Notes: generated by a model not told the origin, from the letters alone. Numbered from the stretch's first letter, positions 12,892 to 26,324 are shown. The stretch is DNA of 64,000 bases from Daphnia carinata (GCF_022539665.2 NC_081334.1:248001-312000); one strand, 5' to 3'. Program-made: numbers and translations.

Positions 12892-13335
12892 TGTTACGTT
12901 TCTGTCTAGTAATTGTCTTTATTATTTAGAAAATAAATCTTTAAACAGATATTTCTAGTTTACATAACTTTAGTAACAAATGGCGAGTCTAATCGGACGT
13001 CTTTACCAACGTCCTACTCTATCAACCTTGGCTTCCAGTACCACGAACAGGTACAACCAAGAAACAATACCCAGATCGTCCGTACCAACGACATAAATAC
13101 CCGGACGATCTGTACAATAACACAACACAACATGATTCACCAGACCGTCCGTACCAACCACATAAATACCCGGACGGTCTGTACGGTAAAGTAATACAAC
13201 ACAATAACTAAGAATAGAAATACCGTCTTAACCATTTAGTCTAGGAGCTTCTTCGATACACCTATCTTTTCCCCGTACAGCCAATGAACTAGCTGTTCCA
13301 CTCTTCTACTCGATAAACGTCTCTCTGCCTACACA
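12892..13335. mobile_element. Probable solo LTR in a neuroglian intron
   Basis: TGT...ACA ends, flanks TATAC/GATAC (5-bp TSD with one mismatch), and an internal tandem duplication of CGTCCGTACCAAC.ACATAAATACCCGGACG. Confidence 0.5.
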
Positions 13336-14067
13336 GATACGAAAGCTAGACGTTTGAATCGTTGAAAAATCGACGATTCCGTAAAAATCTGAATATTTGT
13401 TTTGCTTTCACGTGTAGAGTCGATAGCAGTCGGGCGCCCAGCAAAGCGTCTTTGAGCAGCGGTGCCAAAATGCCACCCAAGAGCGAAGATAATGAATCCA
13501 TGGACGATTACGGAGAAGGAGAAGCCGGTAAAAGCTTTTATTCTATTTCGTTTAATGTAATTTCTATAGCTTAAAAATCGATGTGCAAGGTCTGCTGTCC
13601 TTTACCAAAAGCATGATCTACACAAGAACATTTATTTGAATCTATCAAAACACTGGAATCGATAACATAAGCAAAAAGGCGTGGCTCGTTTGCATTTGAC
13701 AGCTTTCGTTTTCCAACCTGCACGTTGGAGCTGTTATTTTTTTCGTGTTTTTTTTTTCTTTTCAGCATTTCTTTTTTTGCCATTGAGTTTACCTGATTAC
13801 TATTTTTTCCTTTTATTTTTTTATTGGTTTTTTTATGTTGTATCGCCACTCTTGATTTAAAAAAAATAGCGAATAAATAAAAAATTAGAAACTGCTTCTT
13901 CTTTCAACGTAGCCGACTGTATAGTTCTGTTATGTTGCCAGGTTATGACACCCAAAGATTATTTATCCGACTTTCTCGATGTTGTCATTACTATTTGGGG
14001 TTGTGAAATGCTTTTCTTTAAATTTAGTTAATGATTTTTCTTTGTGATTGGCAGGCTTGTGATTGCA

Positions 14068-14234
14068 GCTATTTTTATATGAAACCCTCTTTCCCCTTAT
14101 TCCTTGGAAATGAATTTGAATAAAAGCTCGACATGCATGTTTTAACAATAACCTCCTTTTTTTTCCTTCTTCGAGGCCGATATTGTCATTCATTTGGTTT
14201 CTGACAGCTTTGCTATTGCTTCTGCCTCTAACCG
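14068..14234 (-). repeat. Dispersed ~170-bp repeat, inverted relative to ~53566-53737
   Basis: The reverse complement aligns by eye (CATGTCGAGCTTTTATTCAAATTCATTTCCA..GGGGAAAGAGGGTTTCATATAAAAATA). Confidence 0.85.
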
Positions 14235-15392
14235 AATGATACACACACTGTCCCAGTTAAATTTTGTGTTTCCGAATTAAATCTTTCAACGAGGGTAGCA
14301 AACTTGCAAGGCAAAAAGAGACTCTTCGGAGACCCTCCTCATTTTCCTACTGGCACCTATGTAATTCCGAAGTCTTCGCCCAATCCAACCTAGGTGCCCC
14401 TGTTAGCGGTTGTGTACTCCTGAAGTCTTCGTTCTCCGATCAGCGGGTATGTAACTCTGAAGTAGAGGTTTGCCTGATCTATAGCTCGAAAGCTGCAGGT
14501 AGACAAGCTCCCATCAGGGTATGGATGGGTGCACACCATTATTGATACTATCTCTAATGGTGACCTCTATAGAGCAAGGTCGGCATCGCAGAGTCTCTTT
14601 GTTATACTTACCTTTCCTTCGACCTTCCCACTACTAGGTTGGGGTACTCAACCCTTTTAACCTGTGAATTTCACCGAAAATTTCGCTGTTGACGTATGTC
14701 GCTTCTCTAAGTAGGTTCTCTTAACTTAATTTTTGCATTAGCTGGTAAACCAATAAATGGAATAATGAACCTTGTACTTCCCATCAAGATCTACAACAGC
14801 AATCGATTAGTTTCTAATTCTAAACAAAACTAGAGTAAAAAGAGCTAACAAAATGACAGAGTAAATATGCTACGCCTGGAAACCACAAATAGGGGCTTGA
14901 TATGATTGGTTACCACGCCCCATTGATCGAATTCTGCGCGCCAGACTTTTCTTATTCGTCCTGTGCTTGTTTACCACATATCATTTTATTATATTTATTC
15001 TTATTTTCACAATTCCAATTTTATGTTAAGAAAAAAATCAAAATTAATGTATGGTATGTTATCTTTTTCATTTCCTTGAATTTCGATCCTTTTTCTAATG
15101 TTTTACAATATTTTCTTAGAATGGCACTTCGCTACATTATTAACGATAAATTACTTGGCAACGCAGAAATTAAGTTCTAGCAGACGAATGGGCAGTTTCT
15201 TTCTTCCTCCTCGTTTTCCTTTATTTCACAACTATTTTAATATATCAAGATCAGGACGCATATGTTTATTTGGTTGTGGTAGTTATTTAGGTTTTTCGTT
15301 CGAAGCATTTCTAGACATCCACTCTTGTTCTACGTAGAAAGCTATCTTAAAACGATTTAATAACAATAAGTGCGATGGTGTTTAGTTAGGTA

Positions 15393-15770
15393 TGTTACGG
15401 ATGTAGCCGGCGCTGGACCCCAAAAGCCGGGACAGCGAGACAGGTAGACGCGTAAACGGTAGGATAGATGGGTAATTCCAAAGCTCAGGCAAGACAAAGT
15501 GTTTTAAGGGTTTTAAGGGTAACACTTTCACAAGTTCAACACAATTGCACACAAGTTCACGAAGGGAAGCCAGCGATAACGCGAAGCTCCTTCTTTCAAC
15601 CACACAGTAGACGGCGAGGTCCCAGACTGCCCTGCGTGACTGCGAGCAGACGACCCGTCGCCTACTTACCGGTTGGCCATCTATTGAGGGGGGATGGAAT
15701 CAGGGCAGTAGATGGGGGTATATGGCAGGACACTGTTATGAGGTATGAAACTGTAACAGATAGTTGGATA
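15393..15770 (-). repeat. 3' LTR of Gypsy 1 (inner end truncated)
   Basis: Begins TGTTACGG on the plus strand, is near-identical to 22338-22709 and abuts integrase sequence with no PPT. Confidence 0.85.
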
Positions 15771-18700
15771 AGTGGACGTTAAAACGCCTATACGATGATT
15801 TCTTCCGTTGCGCGGGCAGATCTTCGACTAGGTAGGTTGTTTGTGATAGTTTCCGCACCACCTGGAACGGCCCCACAAATTTAGGAAGAAATTTTTTTGT
15901 GGAATTTTTCTTTCTAGGCTTCCGTCGAACTAGGACAAGGTCCCCATGGAGAAGCTCGGGTTCCGGCTTTCGAACTCGATCTGTTCTTTTCTTACTTTTC
16001 TGCTGCTTTTCCATAATGCGTAAACGAGCTGACGACCTCAATTCCGAAACGCGTGACAAAGAAGTGGTACGTGGTTCTTCTTCGTTCTTTGGCCAAGGAA
16101 AGAGATTTTCTATGGCCAGGACTGGTGGACGACCATTCACTAACTCAAACGGCGTTACCTCGGTTGTGGCTTGGCGGGCAGTATTAATAGCATACATTGC
16201 GGCTGCTAAATGTAAGTCCCAGTCTGTATGTTCAGCGTTGACGAAGGCGCATAATGCAAGGGTTAGTGTACGGTTAACTCGTTCAACTAGTCCGTTGGTC
16301 TCCGGATGCTCTGCAGTGGCCAAAATGTGTTTTATATTCCAGCGTGTTACCCATTCGGCAAACATCTGAGACGTAAAGGCTGATCCCTGGTCGCTAATAA
16401 TACGTTGTGGTGTATCGTGGCGAAAGATAATGTTCGTCTCGAGGAACGACGTAACAAATTTTGTCGACGTGTCAGGAACAGCAGCCACCTCGACCCACTT
16501 CGACAAATTGTCTATGGAGACAATTACATGACGATGGCCAGAAGCAGTAACCTTAAACGGGCCCAAGTGATCAATTCCGATAAGCTGGAACGAAGAAGAT
16601 GGTGGTTCGATGGGCCGACCAACCACCTGACCAATTGCGTGTTTGTGTGTTTGGCAGAAAGAACATGATTGTACAAATATTTTTACACTTCTACCCAGCC
16701 GTGGCCACCAAAATCGACTTTTAATTTCAAAAAGAGTTCTCTCCATACCCTGATGTCCAGATGGAGGAGAATCGTGACATGCTTCTAAGATTTTTCTACG
16801 AAGGATAGAGGGAATAACAAGTAGCAACTTCCTACCAGAGTGTTTGTTTTTTTTATACAGAATTTTACTACGGATGACAAAATCTTGGGATATTTTACAG
16901 GGCGTAAGGGTGTCTAAGGCTACGAAAATTTTTCTCAGCTGGCCGTCTTGCTGTTGCAAGAGGGCGAACTCTTTTGATGCGTAACCCACTTCGGGTTCCT
17001 TTACAGTGTAACGAAGCCATGAGAAAATACAATCTTTGAATTATATTGTGTCTGTTTGTTGTTCTTGTCAATATAATTATATGTTACGTTCACTGCCCTT
17101 CTTTTGATAAACTACGTCTTATAAATGTCCTACTTCAAGTGTTGATGCCCTTTCGCCGAAATCTATTTTTATATTATATTTGACATCCTGCTTGTTGCTG
17201 ATTGGATGTGCTAGATGCGTAAGACATCGCGCCATGCATTTCCATGAATACGAAATGCGTGTGCGACATTCCGCATCCGGAGTCATTTGACGGAAATGCT
17301 GTTTCCCTCATTCTTGTGGAAGTATAAAAGAATGCCCTTTTGTTCCCAAAAGTCAGTCCACTTCAGTGTTTCAGTTATCTTCAGTTCTCTTCAATTCTCT
17401 TCAGTTCTCTCCTGTTTTGATTCCAGTTCCAGTTCTAGTTTTTCATTCTTAGTGCTACAAGTGCTGTTTAATTTTAAAGACTAGTGAGTTCAATTTTATA
17501 TCTTATTCAATAATTATTGTGAGCGCTCCTCATCGCTTCCTGTGCGACCGGCAGCCTTATTATCCTATTTTTTCGTATAACATTTATCATCTCTATTTTA
17601 TCTTCGCGACGGCAGTGACGGTAAGATTAAACTCGCATAACTCCATTTTATATTCCCGTTTCCCATTTATATCGTATAATTGTATATTCTTTTGTTATCC
17701 TTTGGCCTATTAGAATAAAATATATTCGACATTGTGGTAACGCCTTCCGAGTTTATTTTCTTATCACAATTTGTCTTAAATAACGTAAAGTCATTCTTTC
17801 AATCACTAAAAGAATGCTTTACAACAGTGACTGCTAGACAATCATCTGGCAGGAAATCAATGCCGTTGGCAGGGTTCCTGGACAGGGTGTCCGCAACAAC
17901 ATTATCCGTACCTTTCACGTGCTCTATCGTGAAGATAAACTCTTGCAAATCAAGCACCCACCTAGCAAACTTCCCCTTTAAGTCCCTTTTTCCCATCATC
18001 CACTTGACGGCTGAACTGTCCGTCTTAACGAAAAAATGTCTCCCATAAACATACGTACGCAACTTCTTGAGTGCCCACATCACCGCCAAGCATTCCAACT
18101 CATTGGTGTGATACCGTGTTTCGGTGTTCGACAGCCTTCTGCTGATGAAAGTCACAGGTCGATGTCCTTCACCAACATCTTGCGTCAACACTGCTTCAAG
18201 ACCAGTTTGGCTTGCGTCGGTCTGAATAGTAACTTCCGGAGCGTCATTGAAATGAGCCAGAACAGGAGCAGTCGTAAGACGCGGTACAATACTGCTCTTT
18301 GCGCCTTCGTGACGTTCCGTCCATCGCCAAACAGCATTCTTTTTGAGGAGAGCGTGCAAAGGGTGAGCCAATGACGCAAAATCAGGGACAAAACGCCGAT
18401 AGTACGACGCTAGTCCAAGAAAACCTCGTTGTGATTTTAAATTTGTAATAGGCATGGAAGTCAAAGTGCGCATTTTCTCTCCTTCCGGGAGAATACCTTC
18501 CGCATCAATTACGTGTCCCAGATGGGATACCTTGGTGGCGCCGAAAACGCATTTGTCAATGTTCAGAATCAAATTTGCTCGCTCTAGAGCTGTTAACACC
18601 AACTCTGGGCGTGCCAATGCTCGTCAAAAGATCGACCAAAAACCAAGATGTTATCTAAATAAACTAGGCACATATGCCACTTCAACCCAGCCAAAACTCT

Positions 18701-20392
18701 GTCCATTAAACGTTGAAACGTCGCCGGGGCATTGCTCAACCCGAACGATAGACGTGTAAACTGACAAAGGCCGTCTGGAGTGACAAACACTGTCTTCTCC
18801 CGGTCTTCCAACGCCACATGCACCTGCCAATATCCGCTGGCCAAATCCAAGCAAGAAAAAAATTGCCCAACTGCTAATCTGTCCAAAACATCGTCGATGC
18901 GAGGTAACGGATAAACATCACGTTTCGTTACCGCATTTAGACGTCTAAAATCAATACAAAAACGATAGTCACCAGATTTTGCTTTACGAACTAAAACGAC
19001 AGGCGAACTCCACGGGCTAAAAGATTCTTCGACAACACCGTCCTCTAACATTTCTTCAACCTTTTCCGCAATAATCTGACGTTCGAACGCTGATACCCTA
19101 TATGCTGCAGACTTCACCGGACCAGCATTCCCCGTGTCAATATGATGCTCAACTTCAGTGGTTTGCCCAATTTCCCTTTTTGATTTCGGAAAGCATTTTC
19201 GTCGACGTTCAAGCATACCCATAAGTTTTTCACGTTGACCAGAGTCTAGTCCCTCCCCAATATTAACTTGAGTGATGAATTTGGCTTCATCACGTACTGG
19301 AAGAACGGTGGCACAAATTTCAGAATCCCCGTCTGTCAAAATAGACAACACGGTGTCATCGTTCAGTTCAACAGTACAAAAGAAATGCCGTCGCCTCAGT
19401 CTCAACTCCGCAGGGGAATAATTCACAAGGGGTATCTCCGTCAGTCCTCTATTTACGGTCACGACACTGGCTGGTATCACCCACTCCTTTCCCGGCTTCG
19501 AACAACAATTAAACTTGACGAAAGCCGTACCAGAGACATCTGACGACAATCTTCCCTTCACAAAGACTAGCGAGTTTGGGGGAACCACCTGGTGTCCATC
19601 TGCCTTAACTGGCATCCATCCACGTCGTTTCGAAGGCGATTCCTCCGCAAAAGACTCGATCAGACCGTTGCTTACGTCAAAATCTTCTTCATTACTCCCT
19701 TCTTCCTCCAAAAATGTTTCCTCCCTGCTGCTTTCCTCGTTAATTATATGCACCTCTTCCGCCCATCGCACTCTCTTTTCCTCCTTCGTCAACACTTCCT
19801 TTTCCCTCTTTCCTTCGCCCCCTTCGATTTCCCTGTACCCTTTATTTAAATTTCCCTCAATTAACCCTATTTCCTCCTTTTTTACATCCTTTTCTTCTAC
19901 ATTACTTTCCTCCACTATTTTACATCCCTCCCTAATTTCCTGCGCCTCCGATTTCTTAATTTCCTCTTCACGTTACCCTTCCCCGACTAATTCAATTCTC
20001 CCTCCCCTTACTACAATGTTGGTTTTACTATTTACAATCCAGTCGACACCCAAGATTAACGCAAATGGAGCGGTCCTTAGTACGGTGACTGACTTGAGTT
20101 TGACAAAATTGTGCTTCCACTTAACGTTCAACGGTAGGGCTCCCTCTACACGCACAAGCTTGTTGTCGACGCCTCTCAATTTAGTTTTCGTGGAATTCCG
20201 ATGAAGGTCCATAAATTTCCGCACGACGCTTAGCCGTACCGCACTAATGCTGGCGCCCGAGTCGACGAGTGCCGTGACTTCCCCAACTTTTTCTACCCAG
20301 ACCTTGATAAGAGGCAAGGCTGGGCGACTTTCAGTGACAAAAAATCCCTTCAAGGGCGCCATTGCCCTCGACGCACTACCCCGTCGTTTTTT
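15771..20392 (-). pseudogene. pol: Gypsy 1 pol (protease, RT, RNase H, integrase), disrupted
   Basis: ALVDSGAS protease motif; RT PWSSPVVLV..CIDFRRLN..YLDN (catalytic YLDD mutated); RNase H IQTDAS..ELECLA; integrase H-H-C-C and DD35E (IGIDHLG, IISDQGSAF, NGLVERVN). Frameshifts and a solo-LTR insertion. Confidence 0.92.
17007..17823 (+). mobile_element. Solo LTR (817 bp) nested in Gypsy 1 pol
   Basis: TGTAA...TTACA ends with 4-bp TSD ACAG (17003-17006, 17824-17827). TATAAAA near 17323 and AATAAA near 17715. Removing it restores the frame AVTVKEPEVGYASKE. Confidence 0.9.
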
Positions 20393-21543
20393 GCCGGACA
20401 ATCTCTGGCGATATGCCCGTGTCGATTGCACGAATAGCACAATCTTTGTACTGGACCTCTTGGTGCAATCCCTCCATTACCCATCCGCGGAGCACTAGGT
20501 CCGGGATTAACGTTGAGTCGTGACAGTGACGATGAAATTTGGTTGACCAAGCGGTCAATTCTGCAAATTTTGGAAGAGTGCGGCCAAATCTGGCGTCGAT
20601 GGAGCAACATTTGTCGGAAGCGCTGTAAAAACAGGCTCCGTCGTCAACATTGGGGCGGGTACGTTTGGTAACGGGGGAGTTACACCAAGTTGCTCTAGGT
20701 CCCGGAGTCGTGCTAGGGAAGCCGTGAAGTCTGCCGGTACCGGTGACGTTAGAGCTGCGACGTAGATGGGGTTTGCGAGACCTCGTAACAACAACTTGAT
20801 GACATCCGCCTCAGGTCGCTTGACAGCCGACGCTTGTCCAACGCGTACTCAAGACACGATTCTCCCGACTTTTGCGTTCTTGCTTCCACAAGCGAGCTCC
20901 ACTCTAAAAACCAGAGTGTACGGGCGAAATTGGTCACCAACGCGACCGACCAAAGCGCCCAGGTAGCATAAAGATGGCCCGTCTGTACGTGCCATTGGGA
21001 GGCGGTACCCTCAAGGCGGGTCACAGCCACTAGGAGACGGTTCTCCGCGGTCCAGCCTTATAAACCGGCTACCCTCTCGACATGGTCTATGAAGCCCTGC
21101 ACTTCCTCACCTACAGCACCCGAAAAGCGCGGTATCGAACCGACAGCAATTGTCGACGGGCGGGCATTTGGCACAGCTGGTATCGCGGCAGCAAGGGCTT
21201 GGATAGCCTCGTTGTTTTGTTGTTATTGTGCGTGGATGATGCCGACGAGTTGGGCAACTTGATCTTGCCTCGCCGCACCATCAGCCGCTGCGACTTCCGC
21301 AAACCGATTAAGAGCCACAATTAGCTCTGCATTGTCTGCCATGTTTATCGGTGTTGGCTCTGCTCCCGTGAGAACAAATTCGGACTTCTGACACCTCGTT
21401 TTCGTTATAGGCGGACGCGGTACTGGGCGGACGATACGAGCTCTTGCGGACGGATCACGAGCAGTTCCTCTCGGGGTCCGAAGATAGTACTCGGGTTCGA
21501 AACCGTAAAAGGGGTCTGTAATGTCGGAATCCAAATCCGACAT
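20350..21543 (-). pseudogene. gag: Gypsy 1 gag, frameshifted
   Basis: Fragments AVTRLEGTASQWH..RTQKSGE and the zinc knuckle CYSCNRHGHIARDC; homologous to gag of Gypsy 2. Confidence 0.85.
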
Positions 21544-22337
21544 GCAGAACCACCGTAAGCGAGATTTAATAAAAAACGAAAAGAGTAGGGACTAAATGCC
21601 ACAAAAATCAAAGTAAAAAAAAACTCCAAACTCCTAGAGAAAACAAAACACCAAAACCCAAAACAAAACCAAGTGCAAACAAAAAGCACTTTTCGCAATG
21701 GGTCTCACTTCAAGACCAAAAAAATCGTCAACCCACCAAAAAAGATGTTGAGCGAAAAAAAAATTGCGAGCAAAGCTCAGCAAAACAGAAAGAAAAAAAG
21801 AAAATGTCACAAAAAAGGTACCTTCTGTACATGAGAGGAACACACAAAAAAAAACGATGCCGACAAGACCGATATGGTCGCTCACAACAACAAAAAAATA
21901 GACGAAAAGAGCGAGAGAAAAAAAAAACATGTCTCTCGACAAAAACGTGTAGGCCGTCCCCAAAAGGGAAAGAAGAAAAAAAAAGACGGAACGCCCAACA
22001 CAAAGCGGGGCGGGCAAAAGGTACGCCGAAAAAAAAAGAAATACAATTCTAACTACACACAGTCAGAAAAATCATGCACTGGAATTGTTTATTTAAAAGC
22101 CCGTGGCTATAGGTAACAGGGGTTGAAATATTTAACTGTGCCGTTCCTCCACGCTTCAACAAAGACGTCGCGGCGGGATGGGATCCACTCCCCTTCGGCG
22201 TCGGTAAGGACAATTTACAATGGCGGCGACCAAGTACGCGAAAATTTTCTTCTCACGTGGGCGGCATACGGGTCCGATGTGGGCGACTTTGTAAAAGTCG
22301 TTCGATGGCCTACTAAGATCCCTCTTCTGACATCAAT

Positions 22338-22709
22338 TGTTACGGATGTAGCCGGCGCTGGACCCCAAAAGCCGGGACAGCGAGACAGGTAGACGCGTAA
22401 ACGGTAGGATAGATGGGTAATTCCAAAGCTCAGGCAAGATGAAGTGTATTAATAAGGGTAACACTTTCACAAGTTCAACACAATTACACACAAGTTCACG
22501 AAGGGAAGCCAGCGATAACGCGAAGCTCCTTCTTTCAACCACACAGTAGACGGCGAGGTTCCAGACTGCCCTGCGTGACTGCGAGCAGACGACCCGTCGC
22601 CTACTTACCGGTTGGCCATCTATTGAGGGGGGATGGAATCAGGGCAGTAGATGGGGGTATATGGCAGGACACTGTTATGAGGTATGAAACTGTAACAGAT
22701 AGTTGGATA
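22338..22709 (-). repeat. 5' LTR of Gypsy 1
   Basis: Direct repeat of 15393-15770, adjacent to the PBS (~22318-22335). Confidence 0.88.
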
Positions 22710-22872
22710 GGTGAGAGAAAGGTATACTATGATAAATTATCATTCGTGATCGTTGTATAAATTAATTAATTTTAATTTGTTGACACAATAGATGAAATTA
22801 ATTTCTGCAACAGCCACCGTATGGTGTCCTAGAGTGTGCTTCTAGAAGTTTTGCTGACGTGTCATGTGCATC

Positions 22873-25800
22873 ATGTCTTCTAAAACACAACCTGTTATTA
22901 CTTGTAGGTCAACTTCTACTTAACTCTTGCATATCCAAAATTATGTGAATTTAAATATTAAAAAGATTCTGGAGATACCCAACTCTTCAGTACATTGGAA
23001 TCTGCAGTGGCACAAGGCTTACCTCAAGAAACAGTAGAATGGAAAAGATCTTACAGGGATCCACCAAGAGCAGTCACTTTAAGTGCCTCTTTTGAGCCCT
23101 TTAAGAATGACAATGATGGATTCAAAGAACAGTCAAAAGGTTTTAAAAAACTATTAGGAGCTGAGGTTCTTCGTACATATTGGGTTGGATGTCCAGTAAG
23201 TACGAAACAAGGGCACTGTAAATTCTTTTGACTACTCACTTTTTGCCTCATCTTACAGGATGTTGATACTTACAAAGCCAATGTTTGAGAAAGCATTCAA
23301 ACTTGGTTCATTCCGATAAAAAAAGTGGAATATTCAGACTGGCTCATAATCCTTGTAGAGAACTCTGATTCTAAGAAAAGTAAACAAATTCTTTCTCGAA
23401 CAACAGTGCTAGACAAAGTTAAAAACGACTTTGGAGGGAAAACAACAGAAAGGTAGTTGGTAACGTAGTATTTGGCGTTACATTCGTTTATTTCGATATT
23501 TTTTATTCAGGTGTATGTAGCGGTCATAGATCCAGTTAAGGGGGAAACAAAGTCATCGGAATCTTGGCAAACGTTTGTTTTCGTCTCAGGCAAGCCCTAA
23601 TGGCAGCCAGCGTTTAGTCGGACGCTAACCAAGTTTGAAGAAACAGTGCGTACTCAACGGGAACGTTGCAATGAATTGAACTGGAATTTCTGTAACTATT
23701 TCTTGTTGCAGGTATGACAGATAAGCTCAGGAAATAACTGTCTTGTACTCAAATAATATTTTTTTTTACCAGTAATTAGGAAGAGCCTGCATTTACATTT
23801 GAAATGTTGGGGTTATACGACGAAGCATTAGTGCAGTATGATGAACTGGACGCTCTGTTCACGCAGTTTGTTCTAAACTCTGCTGTTGGTGGTTAGTTTT
23901 TGTGATTTAAATTAGGCTTTGCCAAGTCTTAACGCTTGTTCTTAACGGCCTCTATAGATGCTCCGGGCTGGCTTTTGGCCTTTCAAGCAACTCCCAACAA
24001 CTGGTCCGGCGTACGCCTGAATCCGAAAACTACTTTCAATATGAATTACGTCAAAAGATCCAAAACCACACAATTTTGGTTATCGACTTTTGCAATTATC
24101 TGTTTGCCAGACAGTCTGCTCTGTTGCTTATTTCATCTAAACCAGCCGAGGTACTTCATCTTCGTTTTGCTTGAATTCTACCACATCTAACATTGGTTAA
24201 TGTTTCAGGTTGCTCGGCGGTGTTTGTCATATGTGCAGAGCTATATGTACGAACTGAAATTACTCAATGTCAGCACGGTCGATGGTGTGATCCCAACATG
24301 AATTCTGCTAACTTGCCTCCAGGTTTTATCGACTTGCCAATCTCACGCTGGAGCAACTAGCAAGCAGTCCATGGAGTCGTTTACACTTTTTTGGAACTTG
24401 GCGAAAGATAAGCTTTACGAACTGGGACGCAAATGTGGTCTACTTCCAGGTGCTTCTGTGGGTAGCGCCGAGTTGTCATTGCGTCGTCGGGCATCACGGA
24501 TTATGGAGATGAATCGGCTGTCTGCCCCACGCCTGTCGATAAGTATAACGAGGCTCTTTCCTCTAGCCAAGCATTTACAAGGCACTATTTGGTAAACATT
24601 TTTTATATAGGATAATCCATAAAAGCCTAAATGAATTACAGGAACTGAGTGAACTGGCAATGAGAATTTTTAAGCATTTTGGTCGGTTGCGTTCTGCACG
24701 CTTGATTGGCCGAGATCTGTCCCGTTTTTACCTGCAACTTGGTCAGCCTCAAAAATGAGCTTGCTGAAAAGTCTTTCAGAAAATCGGCGATAAAGTCAGG
24801 TAATTATTAATCTATAGGCGGTGTTAAGTGGCTACGGTATAATTATTCTGCCAAATCTCACAGATTCATTGAAGCTTCTTCTAATATCGCAGCCTACCCA
24901 GCATTGAATGCTGAAACTCGTATGAAGTATTTCAACTACTTACTTCAATCAGCTCTAGGTATTAGTTGTTTTTCAGCATGCGTTGTTTCCATTAGCTATA
25001 AATTTTCATTTTTTTTCATAGATGAGTTCCGGTCCATCAATTGCTCTTCCATGATGGATTTGGTCGATATACGTATACAGTTCGATACAAGCCTGAAGGA
25101 ACCTTGCTCGGTTTTGTGCGGAAGTGGAAGGGGTTAACCATTTCCCTGGCCCTGTAAAATGCAATGAAACAACCGTAACAGTCAAAGCGGTTAAGAATGC
25201 AAATGACGACAGCAAGTAATCAAAAGCTGCTGGGAAAAGATCTGTGGCGGAAAAATCACTTGACGCAAAGGGGATCGAAAAGCTAGGTGTTTCTGCTTTA
25301 ACCACAAAGGCAAACACTTCGTCATCGGATTTTATTCCGATTAAGGAACAACTTCATCTTAAGCAAGATGGCAGTCTAAGTTCGGTTGCACTTGTATGTC
25401 CAAGTGCCCAATAGCTCCTAGGGTAAAGTATTTTTTATGTATTTTTTTTTTAATCGGTTCTCGTACTCGGAAGCCTAACTCGATCAATTTCTAGACGTAA
25501 GGTGAGTCATGGGCTTCTACCAACCGACCTTTCAGTCATCAAAGAAGAATATACGCACAAACTGAGTGTTCAGAATGTCAATATTGTGCCTGGTGTCAAC
25601 CGATTGACCCTGCAAATGAAGGTGACATAGAGCCCAAACAGTTGGCATTGGGACATATACGTATGCTTTAATAGGCTGATCACGCTAGCACCTATGTTCT
25701 TAGTCAATTTTTGGCTAGGAGTCAACGGGTAGAGTTCATTCAGAACGTGAGTTGCCCTAAAATCAGTATTACCGTCGTTGAGGTGATGCCATCGGTCACG

Positions 25801-26324
25801 GTCATCAGAACCCCGGATGATCTTCTTGCCGGAACCGATCAAGAGGTTGAACTAGTTGTTCGCACAGGCAGCACGGCATTCCAAAACGTATTTCAGCATT
25901 ACCCAATACTGTTTTTTAAACTCATAATTCTAAATTGTGCATTCAGGAGAAAATTCTTCGATTGTGTTCTACAAGGGGGCTGATGATCAACTTGCCCAAA
26001 ACTGATAGTCTTTTCCAGCGCGAACTTGATCTTGTTTTGCCTCCGATGGCCGCTTTTGAAACGGTTTCGTATCCGTTAAAGATTAGGACAGACATGAGTT
26101 TCACCGCATCAAAAGATACAACTTTTGTCGAACACAAGGTACCTCAAATTGTTAATTAGTGTTTCTAATTCGATGGCTAATTGGACGTCTTTGATTATTT
26201 AGCTGTCCGTGCATTGTCAATGGCTTTCGAAAATTCCGCCTCTATTGGACTTACCATTGAACGTATACGTTCCTTTTACCGTTCAGTACAAACTTCACAC
26301 TGCCTACACGAAAAAGTTTGTCCA
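22873..26324 (+). pseudogene. TRAPPC10: Trafficking protein particle complex subunit 10 pseudogene; multi-exon, 3'-truncated
   Basis: QPVITYSGDTQLFSTL..LPQETVEWKRSY..DVDTYKANV*..DWLIILVEN..RTTVLDKVKNDF..FEMLGLYDEALVQYDELDALFTQFVLN matches TRAPPC10 as recalled. Introns retained, several stops and frameshifts. Ends at LHTAYTKKFVH. Confidence 0.9.

Larger units (their letters stand above)
9025..13527 (+). pseudogene. Nrg: Neuroglian pseudogene copy A (Ig4-Ig6, internal deletion to FN3-5, TM, cytoplasmic exons)
   Basis: GGSPAPEIKWIHNGKPIE..NVLALAP..DGSAVNLTC; TM segment WFIGMMLALALLLLVLVLVCIIKRNRGGK..FHEYSQP; ..ESMDDYGEGEAG. Carries frameshifts, stops, a CACTA insertion and a jump from Ig6 to FN3-5 near 12450. 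Confidence 0.9.
15393..22719 (-). mobile_element. Gypsy/Ty3 LTR retrotransposon 1, decayed
   Basis: LTR copies at 15393-15770 and 22338-~22709+. PBS TGATGTCAGAAGAGGGAT (tRNA-Leu type) lies next to the right LTR. Domain order gag-PR-RT-RNaseH-IN. Right boundary uncertain; candidate TSD AGGTA at 15388 and 22720. Confidence 0.93.

Noticed and set aside
14247..14270. CACTG start of a possible second CACTA element
   Set aside because: No matching CAGTG end with a TSD was found.
15899..20204. Plus-strand ORFs over Gypsy 1
   Set aside because: Antisense shadows of pol.
21600..22100. Phe-rich and Lys-rich ORFs
   Set aside because: Low-complexity T-rich leader of Gypsy 1.
24487..24501. 15-bp match TCGGGCATCACGGAT to ~37063
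   Set aside because: Native TRAPPC10 coding sequence; a match this short can arise by chance in 64 kb.
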